Of a stretch of 64,000 nucleotides of DNA, positions 46,058 through 54,270 are shown piece by piece. Position 1 is the stretch's first letter, and every line of letters begins with the position of its first letter. A program made the position numbers and the translations under genes. This stretch comes from a virus. The notes under the pieces were generated by a model that saw only the letters and a program-made list of their open reading frames with translations, searched no databases and was not told the origin of the DNA. The stretch is from the IMG/VR virus record IMGVR_UViG_3300033149_004458, positions 1 to 64,000 of that record; one strand, 5' to 3'.

Positions 46058-46281
46058 TTAGTCTAATACGAAGGGGCAATACTCATAAGTCCTGCTCACC
46101 CATGTCAGTGGAGGTGTGAGGAATCGAACCTCAGTTTCCAAGACAACATATGTCATCTTAGAACGAACCCTTTCACCCCCGACTTAATTGTGTCTATTTA
46201 AAACTCTTCTTTCACTTCGCACAACTCTTTTACTTTTCCTGTTTAAATAGCTGCTTGAGATAAGCTACTCTCTCTTAGTTT
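46044..46281. repeat. direct repeat pair (15-bp exact core) flanking the mini-tmRNA
   Basis: CTACTCTCTCTTAGT at 46048-46062 and 46265-46279; 19/21 identity when extended. Confidence 0.8.
46109..46180 (-). ncRNA. mini-tmRNA: tRNA-like domain only, no tag reading frame
   Basis: GGGGGTG/CACCTCC acceptor with G3-U70 and discriminator A; stemless D loop AAAGGGTTCG; 12-bp closed helix; AC linker; T arm TGAGG-TTCGATT-CCTCA. Confidence 0.75.
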
Positions 46282-46495
46282 GTCCAAACAACGATGTTCT
46301 TACGCTTTGATACGCATCCAAATAATAAACGGCCCACTTAACGCCATGCTCCTTAGCGGCTCTCCAGTAATCAATGCACTCATCAAGATACCTTTTTACG
46401 GCCTCTTCGGTGAGCTCAATCTTCTTGGTCACTGGTTCCGTCCCCGCATCTTTTCTTCCTCTGATTCCTATATCTAGTCCTACCATCAGTGGCAT
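46265..46495 (-). CDS. hypothetical protein
   Basis: YLDECI..WR...YYLDAYQSVR.SLFG; start uncertain. Confidence 0.65.
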   Translation of the reverse strand: MPLMVGLDIGIRGRKDAGTEPVTKKIELTEEAVKRYLDECIDYWRAAKEHGVKWAVYYLDAYQSVRTSLFGQTKRE

Positions 46496-46626
46496 CTCTT
46501 AAACCAGCCATAACGCCACTTGACGACCACAAGTGGTGTCCATTTATATCCTTTCAGGTAAATGCGTTCGCGGATAAAGTAAGAACCATGCGCACTACAC
46601 CATTTGCCGAATGATAACCAAATCAT
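46486..46626 (-). CDS. hypothetical micro-protein (46 aa)
   Basis: SD GGGAGGT; MIWLSFGKWCSAHG... Confidence 0.55.
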   Translation of the reverse strand: MIWLSFGKWCSAHGSYFIRERIYLKGYKWTPLVVVKWRYGWFKRCH

Positions 46627-46647
46627 TATTACCTCCCAACTCTTATA

Positions 46648-46881
46648 TCACAGACCGCGCTCCAGGAGTGCTAATCCATCCCTCAAGATAAAGGCCCGAC
46701 CAGTAACGTCTTTGAGCAGCGTATCAATTCTCGCTAGAGCAGTATAGCGCAGCTGTTGGTCAGACACTTCAAGATCACATGGCCCTATGATGCCCTCCAA
46801 GTGGTTTATTGCATGGACCAGCAGGGAATTAATCTCTTCGAGCCTATCCGTGATTTTCTCTGTTGTTCCGTTATCTGCCAT
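46648..46881 (-). CDS. hypothetical protein
   Basis: SD AGGGAG. Confidence 0.7.
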   Translation of the reverse strand: MADNGTTEKITDRLEEINSLLVHAINHLEGIIGPCDLEVSDQQLRYTALARIDTLLKDVTGRAFILRDGLALLERGL

Positions 46882-46893
46882 TTTACTCTCCCT

Positions 46894-47334
46894 TTATGAT
46901 TTTTGTGTCTCTTTATGTCTACTCACAACGCCCCGTTCTGGTCGGCGGGCATCGTTGAAACCCCTGGTATATGCTCGATCTATATCCTCGCACCAGCTAC
47001 AATATCGTGTGCCATCATCTCGTAGTTTCTCAGCAATATGTGGATGACCACATGGCATCGGTCTAAACCACTTAGAGAGCTCCTCGATATATGCTGCCAT
47101 TTGCTGTATAGCATCAACCGGATTGCGAAAAGCGGTATAGATACCCGCAATATCACAAGCATCTAGAGCTTGTTCGATTTTAGTTGATTCCTCGCGGTAG
47201 TGCTGAATTGTATCATCCAGACGCCGTTGCAGCTCCTCACATTGTCCCACTAGACCAGTGACTATCCCAACCCAATCAACATGGGCCTCTAGACAAATCC
47301 ACCTTTGAAGATCATTAAGTAACTCGCTGTTCAT
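46894..47334 (-). CDS. hypothetical coiled-coil/Zn-finger protein
   Basis: PCGHP...YCSWC; SD AGGAG. Confidence 0.7.
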   Translation of the reverse strand: MNSELLNDLQRWICLEAHVDWVGIVTGLVGQCEELQRRLDDTIQHYREESTKIEQALDACDIAGIYTAFRNPVDAIQQMAAYIEELSKWFRPMPCGHPHIAEKLRDDGTRYCSWCEDIDRAYTRGFNDARRPERGVVSRHKETQKS

Positions 47335-47374
47335 TGTACTTCTCCTATCCACCCGGTTATTTACGACCAACCAC

Positions 47375-47551
47375 TCATTTTGCGTACTTTCTCTGTCTTT
47401 TCCTCTCCGTTCCTGTTAAACACCCTGCTATCAGTCTGGCCTTATCCATCAATTCGCCCGCGTCGATACAGTGAGGATTCCAATATCCCAACCTGACCAG
47501 CGCACGCACCCATGTATCAAATATGTAATACTGTATTTTTCTCGTCGTCAT
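47375..47551 (-). CDS. hypothetical protein (58 aa)
   Basis: MTTRKIQYYIFDTW...; SD GGGG. Confidence 0.5.
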   Translation of the reverse strand: MTTRKIQYYIFDTWVRALVRLGYWNPHCIDAGELMDKARLIAGCLTGTERKRQRKYAK

Positions 47552-47580
47552 TTTATCCCCAATGTCGTTGGCGTCAGCAA

Positions 47581-47808
47581 TTACCCCTCATCTACTTTAC
47601 ACAACTTCAGTGCCTCTTCCAAAGGATACAGCGTCTCTACGCCGTCAGCATTGATCTTGTAGCAACGCATTGCCTTCTGTCCATCGAAGCCACAGATACG
47701 GCACACATTGTCTCGTTCCCAGGCAGCAGAGATCGATGCAGCGATCACAGCAGTAGCAATTAGTATCCATGCCAGGCCCAGAAGCAAAGCGGCTCCAAAC
47801 CTCTTCAT
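47581..47808 (-). CDS. small secreted or membrane-anchored Cys-rich protein
   Basis: SD GGAGGAGG; MKRFGAALLLGLAW signal-like N-terminus. Confidence 0.65.
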   Translation of the reverse strand: MKRFGAALLLGLAWILIATAVIAASISAAWERDNVCRICGFDGQKAMRCYKINADGVETLYPLEEALKLCKVDEG

Positions 47809-48155
47809 TCTCTTACTTCCTCCTCCGCCAATTCCGCCCGTGTCCAAACACCACCAGCAAAAAGTGCCTTGTCAAATGGTGGCGGCTTTTGGCAAGGGCT
47901 ACGGTAGATACACCACATAGTAGGACTAACCCACACGCAAATGGAACATGCGGAGTGTACGTCTCTAATAGCATGACATAAGGTTAATGACAATCGCCGA
48001 TGTCTCCATAGCCATAACCAATCGTGCCAATGCCGCAAGGATTCTCTCCAGCGGGAAAGACATTCACTTATTCGAGCCACAATTACAACTATTAATAAGA
48101 TAAGTAGTATACCAGGCCAGCCATAACAACATAATTTCCAACATCTAAATCCCCT

Positions 48156-48935
48156 TTAATTGTTACTAGCCTCAACATTGGTTTTAGCCAGTTCTTTACG
48201 CACTTCAGCACGACCTTCCTCACGAGCCTTTTCTAACATTTCCTCAAGCTCACACTTGCGGCATTGCCATTCACCCGGTCGTACAAGGTCCATTTCAGAG
48301 TTACAGTTAGGACACAGACAAACTTGATCGGCCTTATCCCACTCATATTCCGCGCCACACTTAAGTTCCTGAAACGCTTTGACCTTCAACATTTTAGTGA
48401 TTTCCGCGAGGTCTGCTGCTAATTCGTCCCTTGCCTGCTTCAGTGTTCCAGCTAACTCGCGGGCCGCATCACGCTGCGCTTCCAAACGTCCAAGTTTCTC
48501 AGCGGCTACCTGCTGGTGTAGCATTTCCAGTTTCAACAGTGCATTATACTGTATCCCTAGCCGCCTGGCCTCTGCCTCAGCTGTTCGCTTCTCTAGCCTC
48601 AACAATGCATTGTCACCTTGCAACCATTCAACCTCATCCAGCAGCGCCGCCAGCCAGCGACGGGCGTTAGCGAAAAGCCGCGCATAAGCACGACCATCTG
48701 GTCCGCACAGGACATCATTATTCCACGTGCCATCAATGAAAGCGGCTATAGTCCAATACGGTCCAACTGGTCCAGTTTCCAGCGGCACATCTGGTGTAGC
48801 TTCCACATTAGTCCAGTATCCATCAATGTCGCCCCAGACTGAAGCGCCATAGTCATCACCCGTGTTGCTCACAAGCCTTGTGTCCGGCGTGGCTTCAATA
48901 GCCTCTTTGATCTCATCCAGCAACGCAGCATCCAT
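48156..48935 (-). CDS. hypothetical coiled-coil protein with C-terminal Zn ribbon (259 aa)
   Basis: SD AAGGAG; CPNC...CRKC. Confidence 0.8.
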   Translation of the reverse strand: MDAALLDEIKEAIEATPDTRLVSNTGDDYGASVWGDIDGYWTNVEATPDVPLETGPVGPYWTIAAFIDGTWNNDVLCGPDGRAYARLFANARRWLAALLDEVEWLQGDNALLRLEKRTAEAEARRLGIQYNALLKLEMLHQQVAAEKLGRLEAQRDAARELAGTLKQARDELAADLAEITKMLKVKAFQELKCGAEYEWDKADQVCLCPNCNSEMDLVRPGEWQCRKCELEEMLEKAREEGRAEVRKELAKTNVEASNN

Positions 48936-49198
48936 TATTCACTCCTTTTACTCACAAGTCTACCGGCCCACGACATTTCCGAGAAACGCACCATCAAGTC
49001 ATATCTGCTCGGCGTCGTCATGCCATCATCATCCATTCCCATACACCACTGTCATCAATATCGAGGTCGTCGCTATCTCTTTCGTCATAACTGCTCACCA
49101 CTTGCTCCTCAACAACAGCTACCTGGTGTTGGCAAATGCCATACAGCCTGTCGACCGCCCCTTGCTTCATGGCCTGCTCTTGTGCTCTGGCTAGTAAC

Positions 49199-49498
49199 TC
49201 ATCCATTGATTGTCCTCCGATACAACATCTCTACAATCATGCCCCAGAAATTACCTTGTGCATGTTCGTACACCGAGGGGCTTTCTAGCTTCAATTCCTC
49301 TGGTGTTATTTGGTTGAGACCGTGCCGCAATGCTACGTCGAACCAAAACGCTTTATCTCTCCAGATATACGGCTTAATCCGCCTTAGCCGAGGTCCAGTT
49401 ACACCAGTGCCGCCCCCACTACCACCGACAACCCATTGCTCAATAAAGTGGTTCCAGATCAAATGCTTGCGCTCATCCGTCAATTCAACACTCATCAT
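49199..49498 (-). CDS. hypothetical protein
   Basis: Strand-consistent ORF with SD. Confidence 0.65.
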   Translation of the reverse strand: MMSVELTDERKHLIWNHFIEQWVVGGSGGGTGVTGPRLRRIKPYIWRDKAFWFDVALRHGLNQITPEELKLESPSVYEHAQGNFWGMIVEMLYRRTING

Positions 49499-49538
49499 TT
49501 GTCCCTTTTGCTCAAACCTACCAGTACACCGTGGGCAA

Positions 49539-49778
49539 TCACATTAAAATTTTAACGGTATTTTTCTTATTCTTAGTAGTCTCTGCTTGATCCTTTAAAA
49601 GCTTTAACCTCTTAGCCATATTAACTAGTGTTTCATACTGTTCAAACGTAAGTAGTGACACATCTCCATTTGAGAAATAAGCCACTCTCCAGCCGTCCTC
49701 TTGCAACTTAACTACAAATGCTGTTTTATCTGGGATAACAACTTTTATTGCTTGGTCGATGCCAACAGTGTTATTCAT
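49539..49778 (-). CDS. hypothetical protein
   Basis: Strand-consistent ORF. Confidence 0.6.
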   Translation of the reverse strand: MNNTVGIDQAIKVVIPDKTAFVVKLQEDGWRVAYFSNGDVSLLTFEQYETLVNMAKRLKLLKDQAETTKNKKNTVKILM

Positions 49779-49818
49779 TTTCTAGCCTTTCTGAAAGTAT
49801 TTTCCTGGTTTTCTGATG

Positions 49819-50049
49819 CTAAATACATTTCTCAAGAAGTTCTTCAATCTGCTCCAGGTCCTCTCGAATCAAAGACAATAATACACAAGCCATACGAATT
49901 CTCTTGGCTTCGTCTTTATAACTAATGCGGTTTGCGATGGACTTACCAATACAATTGAATATCTCTTCAATTTCTTCCAGGTGCTCTATCTTTGTTTTCT
50001 GAGGGGTATTTAAAAGTCCCCCAGAAGGTCTATGAAGTTTGGTTGACAT
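49819..50049 (-). CDS. hypothetical protein
   Basis: SD GGAG before MSTKLH. Confidence 0.55.
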   Translation of the reverse strand: MSTKLHRPSGGLLNTPQKTKIEHLEEIEEIFNCIGKSIANRISYKDEAKRIRMACVLLSLIREDLEQIEELLEKCI

Positions 50050-50429
50050 GGTCTCCACTCTCCAGTTTCTAGTTTTCTCTGCCAATAACGGGCTCTTGCA
50101 CCATATCCTGTTACTATAACATCAGAGGCTACGATTAAACCTCCAACTAAACCTGTGTTGGGGTCTTCGCACAAGTAAAGCTCTCTACTCCCATTGCAGT
50201 AATATCGGACTGTAGCACAGGACCTAGAGCTAATTAGCGTCGCAATACGCCAGGCGTCTAAACTCTCACCGACGTGCTTGGCAGCATGAGCTGAGATTGG
50301 TGGTTGGGAAATGGCTGGCTGTTCCCACAAATTCTGTATTTGAATTGTCAGGACTAAGCCGCCAACCAGCAGCAAGAGAAACACAAACCCCGCCATCCCG
50401 CCTTGTCTCTGTGTATTATCCTGGATCAT
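50010..50429 (-). CDS. membrane-anchored hypothetical protein
   Basis: SD GGAGGT; N-terminal TM; SAHAAKH...IVTGY. Confidence 0.7.
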   Translation of the reverse strand: MIQDNTQRQGGMAGFVFLLLLVGGLVLTIQIQNLWEQPAISQPPISAHAAKHVGESLDAWRIATLISSRSCATVRYYCNGSRELYLCEDPNTGLVGGLIVASDVIVTGYGARARYWQRKLETGEWRPCQPNFIDLLGDF

Positions 50430-50511
50430 TTTTACTGACCTCCATAACTCTCCAACCCAAGAATCACTTTTGGCCCACGCCTTATATTCTAGGTTTTATT
50501 GTTTATACTCT

Positions 50512-50604
50512 TTACCAGCCCCCGCACCGTGCCACACATGCTAATATAATAACTAGAGCTAAAATCAATAGTATTAGCAAGCCCACTTTGTCTGCATCTT
50601 TCAT
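50512..50604 (-). CDS. single-TM micro-protein (30 aa)
   Basis: SD AAGG; MKDADKVGLLILLILALVIILACVARCGGW. Confidence 0.55.
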   Translation of the reverse strand: MKDADKVGLLILLILALVIILACVARCGGW

Positions 50605-50622
50605 CTCTACTTTCCTTTCCAG

Positions 50623-51444
50623 TTAAGATGAGTTATCGGTATGAATAAACTCTACTGCATCTTGGTCAAATAAATTTGGCTGTAATCGTAATCTAAGAAT
50701 ATCTTCAAGGGACTTATTCTTTTCAATGCCTATACCAACCCTACCAAGGTCTCTTGCCACTTTAATGGTGGTTCCTGTGCCAACAAATGGGTCCAAAATA
50801 ATATCTTCTCTTGCTGTATACATCGTTATCAGTCTCTTTGGTAATTCCTCTGGGAAAGTAGCCTGTTTGCTCCCTTCTACTATAATGTTATCTGCCACAC
50901 TACTAAAATTCCATACTCCATGAACATATTGCGACCATTCTTCTTTGCTCATATTTAACTGCTTTGGTTTCAATTGTGCTCCTTTGGAATACTTGCGCCA
51001 AACAAATATATATTCCCAAGAAGGCGATACACGCATTTGTCCTTCAAACCTTGATTTCTGAGTTAGGTGTCTGGCTGCATCTAACATAGGCCTATTTTTA
51101 TTCCAGATAATCCTGGCCCACAAGTCCATCCCGACCCGATTCATAATATCCACATAGAAGGGAACATATGATATCTCTAATGGTCTACCGAACTCTTTAG
51201 CGTTTGCATATTTATCAGCAAAATTGATAGCAATCTTGCCCCAAGGTTCAAGCAATGGTACACATCTGGAGAAAACTATGTCTAACAGTTTAAGATATTC
51301 TTCCCAATTGTTCAGATATAGTTCATATTCTCGATTAACAAAATAAGGAGGGCTGGTAACCACTAAGGCTACTTTTTCTTTCAGCTCTCCTGCTAACTCC
51401 AATAGAACTTCTCTGCTATCTCCAAAATAAATCCTATGATTCAT
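50623..51444 (-). CDS. orphan DNA methyltransferase (N4-cytosine/N6 family, beta class)
   Basis: TSPPY catalytic motif precedes DPFVGTGT SAM-binding motif. Confidence 0.9.
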   Translation of the reverse strand: MNHRIYFGDSREVLLELAGELKEKVALVVTSPPYFVNREYELYLNNWEEYLKLLDIVFSRCVPLLEPWGKIAINFADKYANAKEFGRPLEISYVPFYVDIMNRVGMDLWARIIWNKNRPMLDAARHLTQKSRFEGQMRVSPSWEYIFVWRKYSKGAQLKPKQLNMSKEEWSQYVHGVWNFSSVADNIIVEGSKQATFPEELPKRLITMYTAREDIILDPFVGTGTTIKVARDLGRVGIGIEKNKSLEDILRLRLQPNLFDQDAVEFIHTDNSS

Positions 51445-51643
51445 CCGCTCCCCAGTAGTTAAGCTTGCCCTCTCTCGTAAATGCAAAATATATTACTTCT
51501 GGACCTATAGATGGAAGCTCAACATATGTATGTGTTTTTCCACAAGGAGAGGCTTTCCCTCTACGAACAATCCCTCTATGAACAACTCTATAATTTACCT
51601 GAGCGCCGTTTAGCATATGCAAAAACATCTCCAGATCAGACAT
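51434..51643 (-). CDS. hypothetical protein
   Basis: SD AAAGGAG. Confidence 0.7.
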   Translation of the reverse strand: MSDLEMFLHMLNGAQVNYRVVHRGIVRRGKASPCGKTHTYVELPSIGPEVIYFAFTREGKLNYWGADES

Positions 51644-51644
51644 A

Positions 51645-51827
51645 TCAAACTCCTTTATCAGTCTTTCCTTTCAACGAGAAATTTCTAATAGCTAATTCCT
51701 TCTGTTCTTCTGTTGCTTTCTTCCAACATTGTTTGTGCCAAATAATATTAGCGTATGGACGATCACTTGCTTGTAAAAATTGTTCTTGTTCTTCTTCTAT
51801 TGGTTTGTTACAGCCAGGGCAAATCAT
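51645..51827 (-). CDS. Zn-finger hypothetical protein
   Basis: CPGC...HKQC; ATGA coupling. Confidence 0.7.
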   Translation of the reverse strand: MICPGCNKPIEEEQEQFLQASDRPYANIIWHKQCWKKATEEQKELAIRNFSLKGKTDKGV

Positions 51828-52063
51828 CTTAGCTTCCTATATCTTTTCAATGTATCCCACAAAGTCTTAGTCAAAAAGCGGTCTTCCTTAGTAACTATAA
51901 AGTTCAGCAGGCTTTCTACGTCTGCTCTTAGCAGTGGTACATATACTACTTTATGTTTCTCTTCACACTGCTTAGCCCTCTTAAATGCTTTTTCTCTATC
52001 ATTACTTGTATAGGTCCTACCACAGATTGAGCACCTATAAGTATGCTTTAAACTTTCTGGCAT
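51824..52063 (-). CDS. C2H2-like Zn-finger protein; first gene of the leftward arm
   Basis: YRCSICG...CEEKH; SD AAGGAG. Confidence 0.75.
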   Translation of the reverse strand: MPESLKHTYRCSICGRTYTSNDREKAFKRAKQCEEKHKVVYVPLLRADVESLLNFIVTKEDRFLTKTLWDTLKRYRKLR

Positions 52064-52072
52064 ATCAGCTCC

Positions 52073-52101
52073 TTGACAAAATTTTTATTTTATGTTATTA
52101 T
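52073..52101 (+). promoter_or_regulatory. sigma70 promoter (rightward, distal)
   Basis: TTGACA-17-TATTAT with TG extension. Confidence 0.7.
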
Positions 52102-52255
52102 GAATTTTAAGAGTAGCCAGAATTATGCTTAATAACAAAACCTCTTAATTTAAAAAAAATTTAAAAGCTTAAAATTTTAAATCTTCATTTATATATAAAA
52201 ATTTATTTGTTTTAACTTTTAAACTTCCTGTACCTCCGCAGTATTCGGCGGCGAC

Positions 52256-52317
52256 ATTTTAATTTTAATTTTCATTTTTGTCAATAATATTGTAACACAA
52301 AAAAGATTTTTTGTCAA
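52256..52317 (-). promoter_or_regulatory. two tandem leftward sigma70 promoters
   Basis: TTGACA-17-TACAAT (52317-52289) and TTGACA-17-TAAAAT (52284-52256). Confidence 0.8.
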
Positions 52318-52389
52318 GGGAATTTTGCGCTAAGAACGTCAAAAATTTCTTAAAAATTTCTTAAAATACGTAGAAACGCTGTTTTTGTC

Positions 52390-52418
52390 TTGACAAAATT
52401 TGCTTTTTGTGCTATAAT
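52390..52418 (+). promoter_or_regulatory. consensus sigma70 promoter of the replication operon
   Basis: TTGACA-17-TATAAT with TG extension; -35 lies within inverted repeat TTTTGTC-TT-GACAAAA. Confidence 0.9.
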
Positions 52419-52448
52419 AAGGAAGATCAAAAATTTTAAAGGAGCAGC

Positions 52449-54239
52449 ATGGAGTTTGTAACTTCTGATATTGTCTTACAAGAGGAGATATTGCCTGATA
52501 TACTTAGGCATGATATTCTCTCTTTGGACGTTGAGACTACAGGCTTTAATCCTAGAGAGAGTGTTTTAGTTCTAGTTCAAATTGCTACTCCAGAAGAGAT
52601 ATATGTTTTTGATGCTAGAGCATGTAATCTCACACCGCTATTCTCTGGGATTGAGCAAGTAAACCCACTTATCATTGGACACAACCTAAAGTTTGACCTG
52701 AAATTTCTCAAGCAAAAATACAATTTTACACCTAAAAGATTATTTGACACAATGTTAGCTTGGGGAATAATCTACAACGGAAAGCGAAGTCAATTTGCTT
52801 CGTTGCATGAGTTGACTCTTCTCCTGTTAGGGGAAACTCTGGATAAAGACTTAAGAGCATCTTTCCAATATACTTATGGAGATGTTACTGAAGAACAGAT
52901 AAAGTATGCTGCCAACGACGTTCGCTTTTTATACAATATATTCAGAGAGGAGCTGACACTATTAAAACAAGATGACCTTATTGCTACTGCCAAGCTAGAG
53001 TTCTCCCTTATTCCTGTAGTAGTTGATCTGGAACTTACTGGCATAAGAATAGATAGAAATAAATGGGAAGAAATAATCGCCAGACTCCCAGAAGAGATAC
53101 AGGCACTAGAGCAAGAAATAGGGAAAATGTTATCTAACAGAAGTAGTGGTTACTTGCAAAGCGCCCTTGTCGAAAAAAGCGGGAGCTTGGTGCAAACAGA
53201 TGGCCTACCTGTAGACTTTAACCCAAGAAGCAATTTACAAGTCAGAAGAGAATTGGTTAATTTTGGTTACAACGTAGATAATGTTCGTGCTTCGACCTTG
53301 CGGTCTATTCCGCACCCATTTGCACGGGCAATCCTCAAACATAGAAATCTGGCAAAGATAGCATCTACGTATGGAAAGAATTTCCTTGCGCTGATTGAGT
53401 CTGATGGGAAGATACATGCAAACTTTAATCAGAATGGTTCTAGAAGCGGGAGATTCTCAAGCAGCAACCCGAATTTACAGAATATTCCAAGATCGAGTGC
53501 TTTTAGAGGTTGCTTTATTGCAGATGCTGGTTGTAAATTTATTACGGCGGATTTTTCTCAAATTGAGTTAAGAACAGCGGCGGTTCTTAGTGGAGAGCCA
53601 AAGATGCTGGAAGAGTATTCCAGGAAGGACGCTGATTTACATAGAAGAACTGCCTCTTACATTTACAAGATACCAGTAGATAAAGTAACAAGTGAACAAC
53701 GATCTGTTGGAAAAAATGGGAACTTTAGTATCATTTACCAGATTTCTCCGGCAGGCTTTGCCTCTAGATATGAAATTAGCATCAAAGAGGCAGAGAGAAT
53801 AATAAGCGGTTTTTGGTCTGCCTATGACATGCTCCATAATTATATGTTGTCGCAGGGGGACTTGGCAGTTACTCGTGGATACACCAAAACAGCTATTGGT
53901 AGACGCCGATACTTCCTTCCACCGAGCCAAAATTCTAGAATGTACAGAGCAGAGATTTCTAAAATTCGTAGAGAGGGAGCAAACTTTCCTGTTCAGGGTA
54001 CCGCAGCAGATATTATGAAGCTTGCTCTCATAAAAGTACGAGAAGCAATAATGCCATACGGTGCTAGTATAGTAAATACTGTACACGATGAGCTCGTAGT
54101 CAACACTCCAGAGGAAACTGTTGCTGAAGTTGCGGCACTTGTCTACAACGAAATGATTAATGCTGCTATCGATACTCTTGGAGATGAGTTGCCATGGGAA
54201 GTGAACATGAAGATTGGAAATTGTTGGGAAAAAGCTTGA
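52449..54239 (+). CDS. polA: family A DNA polymerase (3'-5' exonuclease plus polymerase, no 5'-3' exonuclease)
   Basis: DVETTG, HNLKFD, YAAND; ADFSQIELR, RSVGKNGNFSIIY, NFPVQGTAADIMK, VHDEL. Confidence 0.95.
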   Translation: MEFVTSDIVLQEEILPDILRHDILSLDVETTGFNPRESVLVLVQIATPEEIYVFDARACNLTPLFSGIEQVNPLIIGHNLKFDLKFLKQKYNFTPKRLFDTMLAWGIIYNGKRSQFASLHELTLLLLGETLDKDLRASFQYTYGDVTEEQIKYAANDVRFLYNIFREELTLLKQDDLIATAKLEFSLIPVVVDLELTGIRIDRNKWEEIIARLPEEIQALEQEIGKMLSNRSSGYLQSALVEKSGSLVQTDGLPVDFNPRSNLQVRRELVNFGYNVDNVRASTLRSIPHPFARAILKHRNLAKIASTYGKNFLALIESDGKIHANFNQNGSRSGRFSSSNPNLQNIPRSSAFRGCFIADAGCKFITADFSQIELRTAAVLSGEPKMLEEYSRKDADLHRRTASYIYKIPVDKVTSEQRSVGKNGNFSIIYQISPAGFASRYEISIKEAERIISGFWSAYDMLHNYMLSQGDLAVTRGYTKTAIGRRRYFLPPSQNSRMYRAEISKIRREGANFPVQGTAADIMKLALIKVREAIMPYGASIVNTVHDELVVNTPEETVAEVAALVYNEMINAAIDTLGDELPWEVNMKIGNCWEKA

Positions 54240-54264
54240 CAAAAAATAACGAATCTGATATAAT
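54236..54264 (+). promoter_or_regulatory. consensus sigma70 promoter, probably giving leaderless recA mRNA
   Basis: TTGACA-17-TATAAT ending 6 nt before the ATG; no SD. Confidence 0.8.
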
Positions 54265-54270
54265 TGTAAT

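Noticed and set aside
46083-46103. Tiny ORF MGEQDL after the mini-tmRNA as a detached tag frame
   Set aside because: It lies outside the RNA 3' end, lacks an SsrA-like Ala/hydrophobic C-terminus, and the layout does not match two-piece tmRNA.
46109-46180. Calling this element tRNA-Ala, a pseudo-tRNA or an attP copy of ssrA
   Set aside because: It has no D stem and no 7-nt anticodon loop, yet every helix is intact. An att duplication would carry one end of ssrA, not both ends joined by a closed helix, and no integrase is visible.
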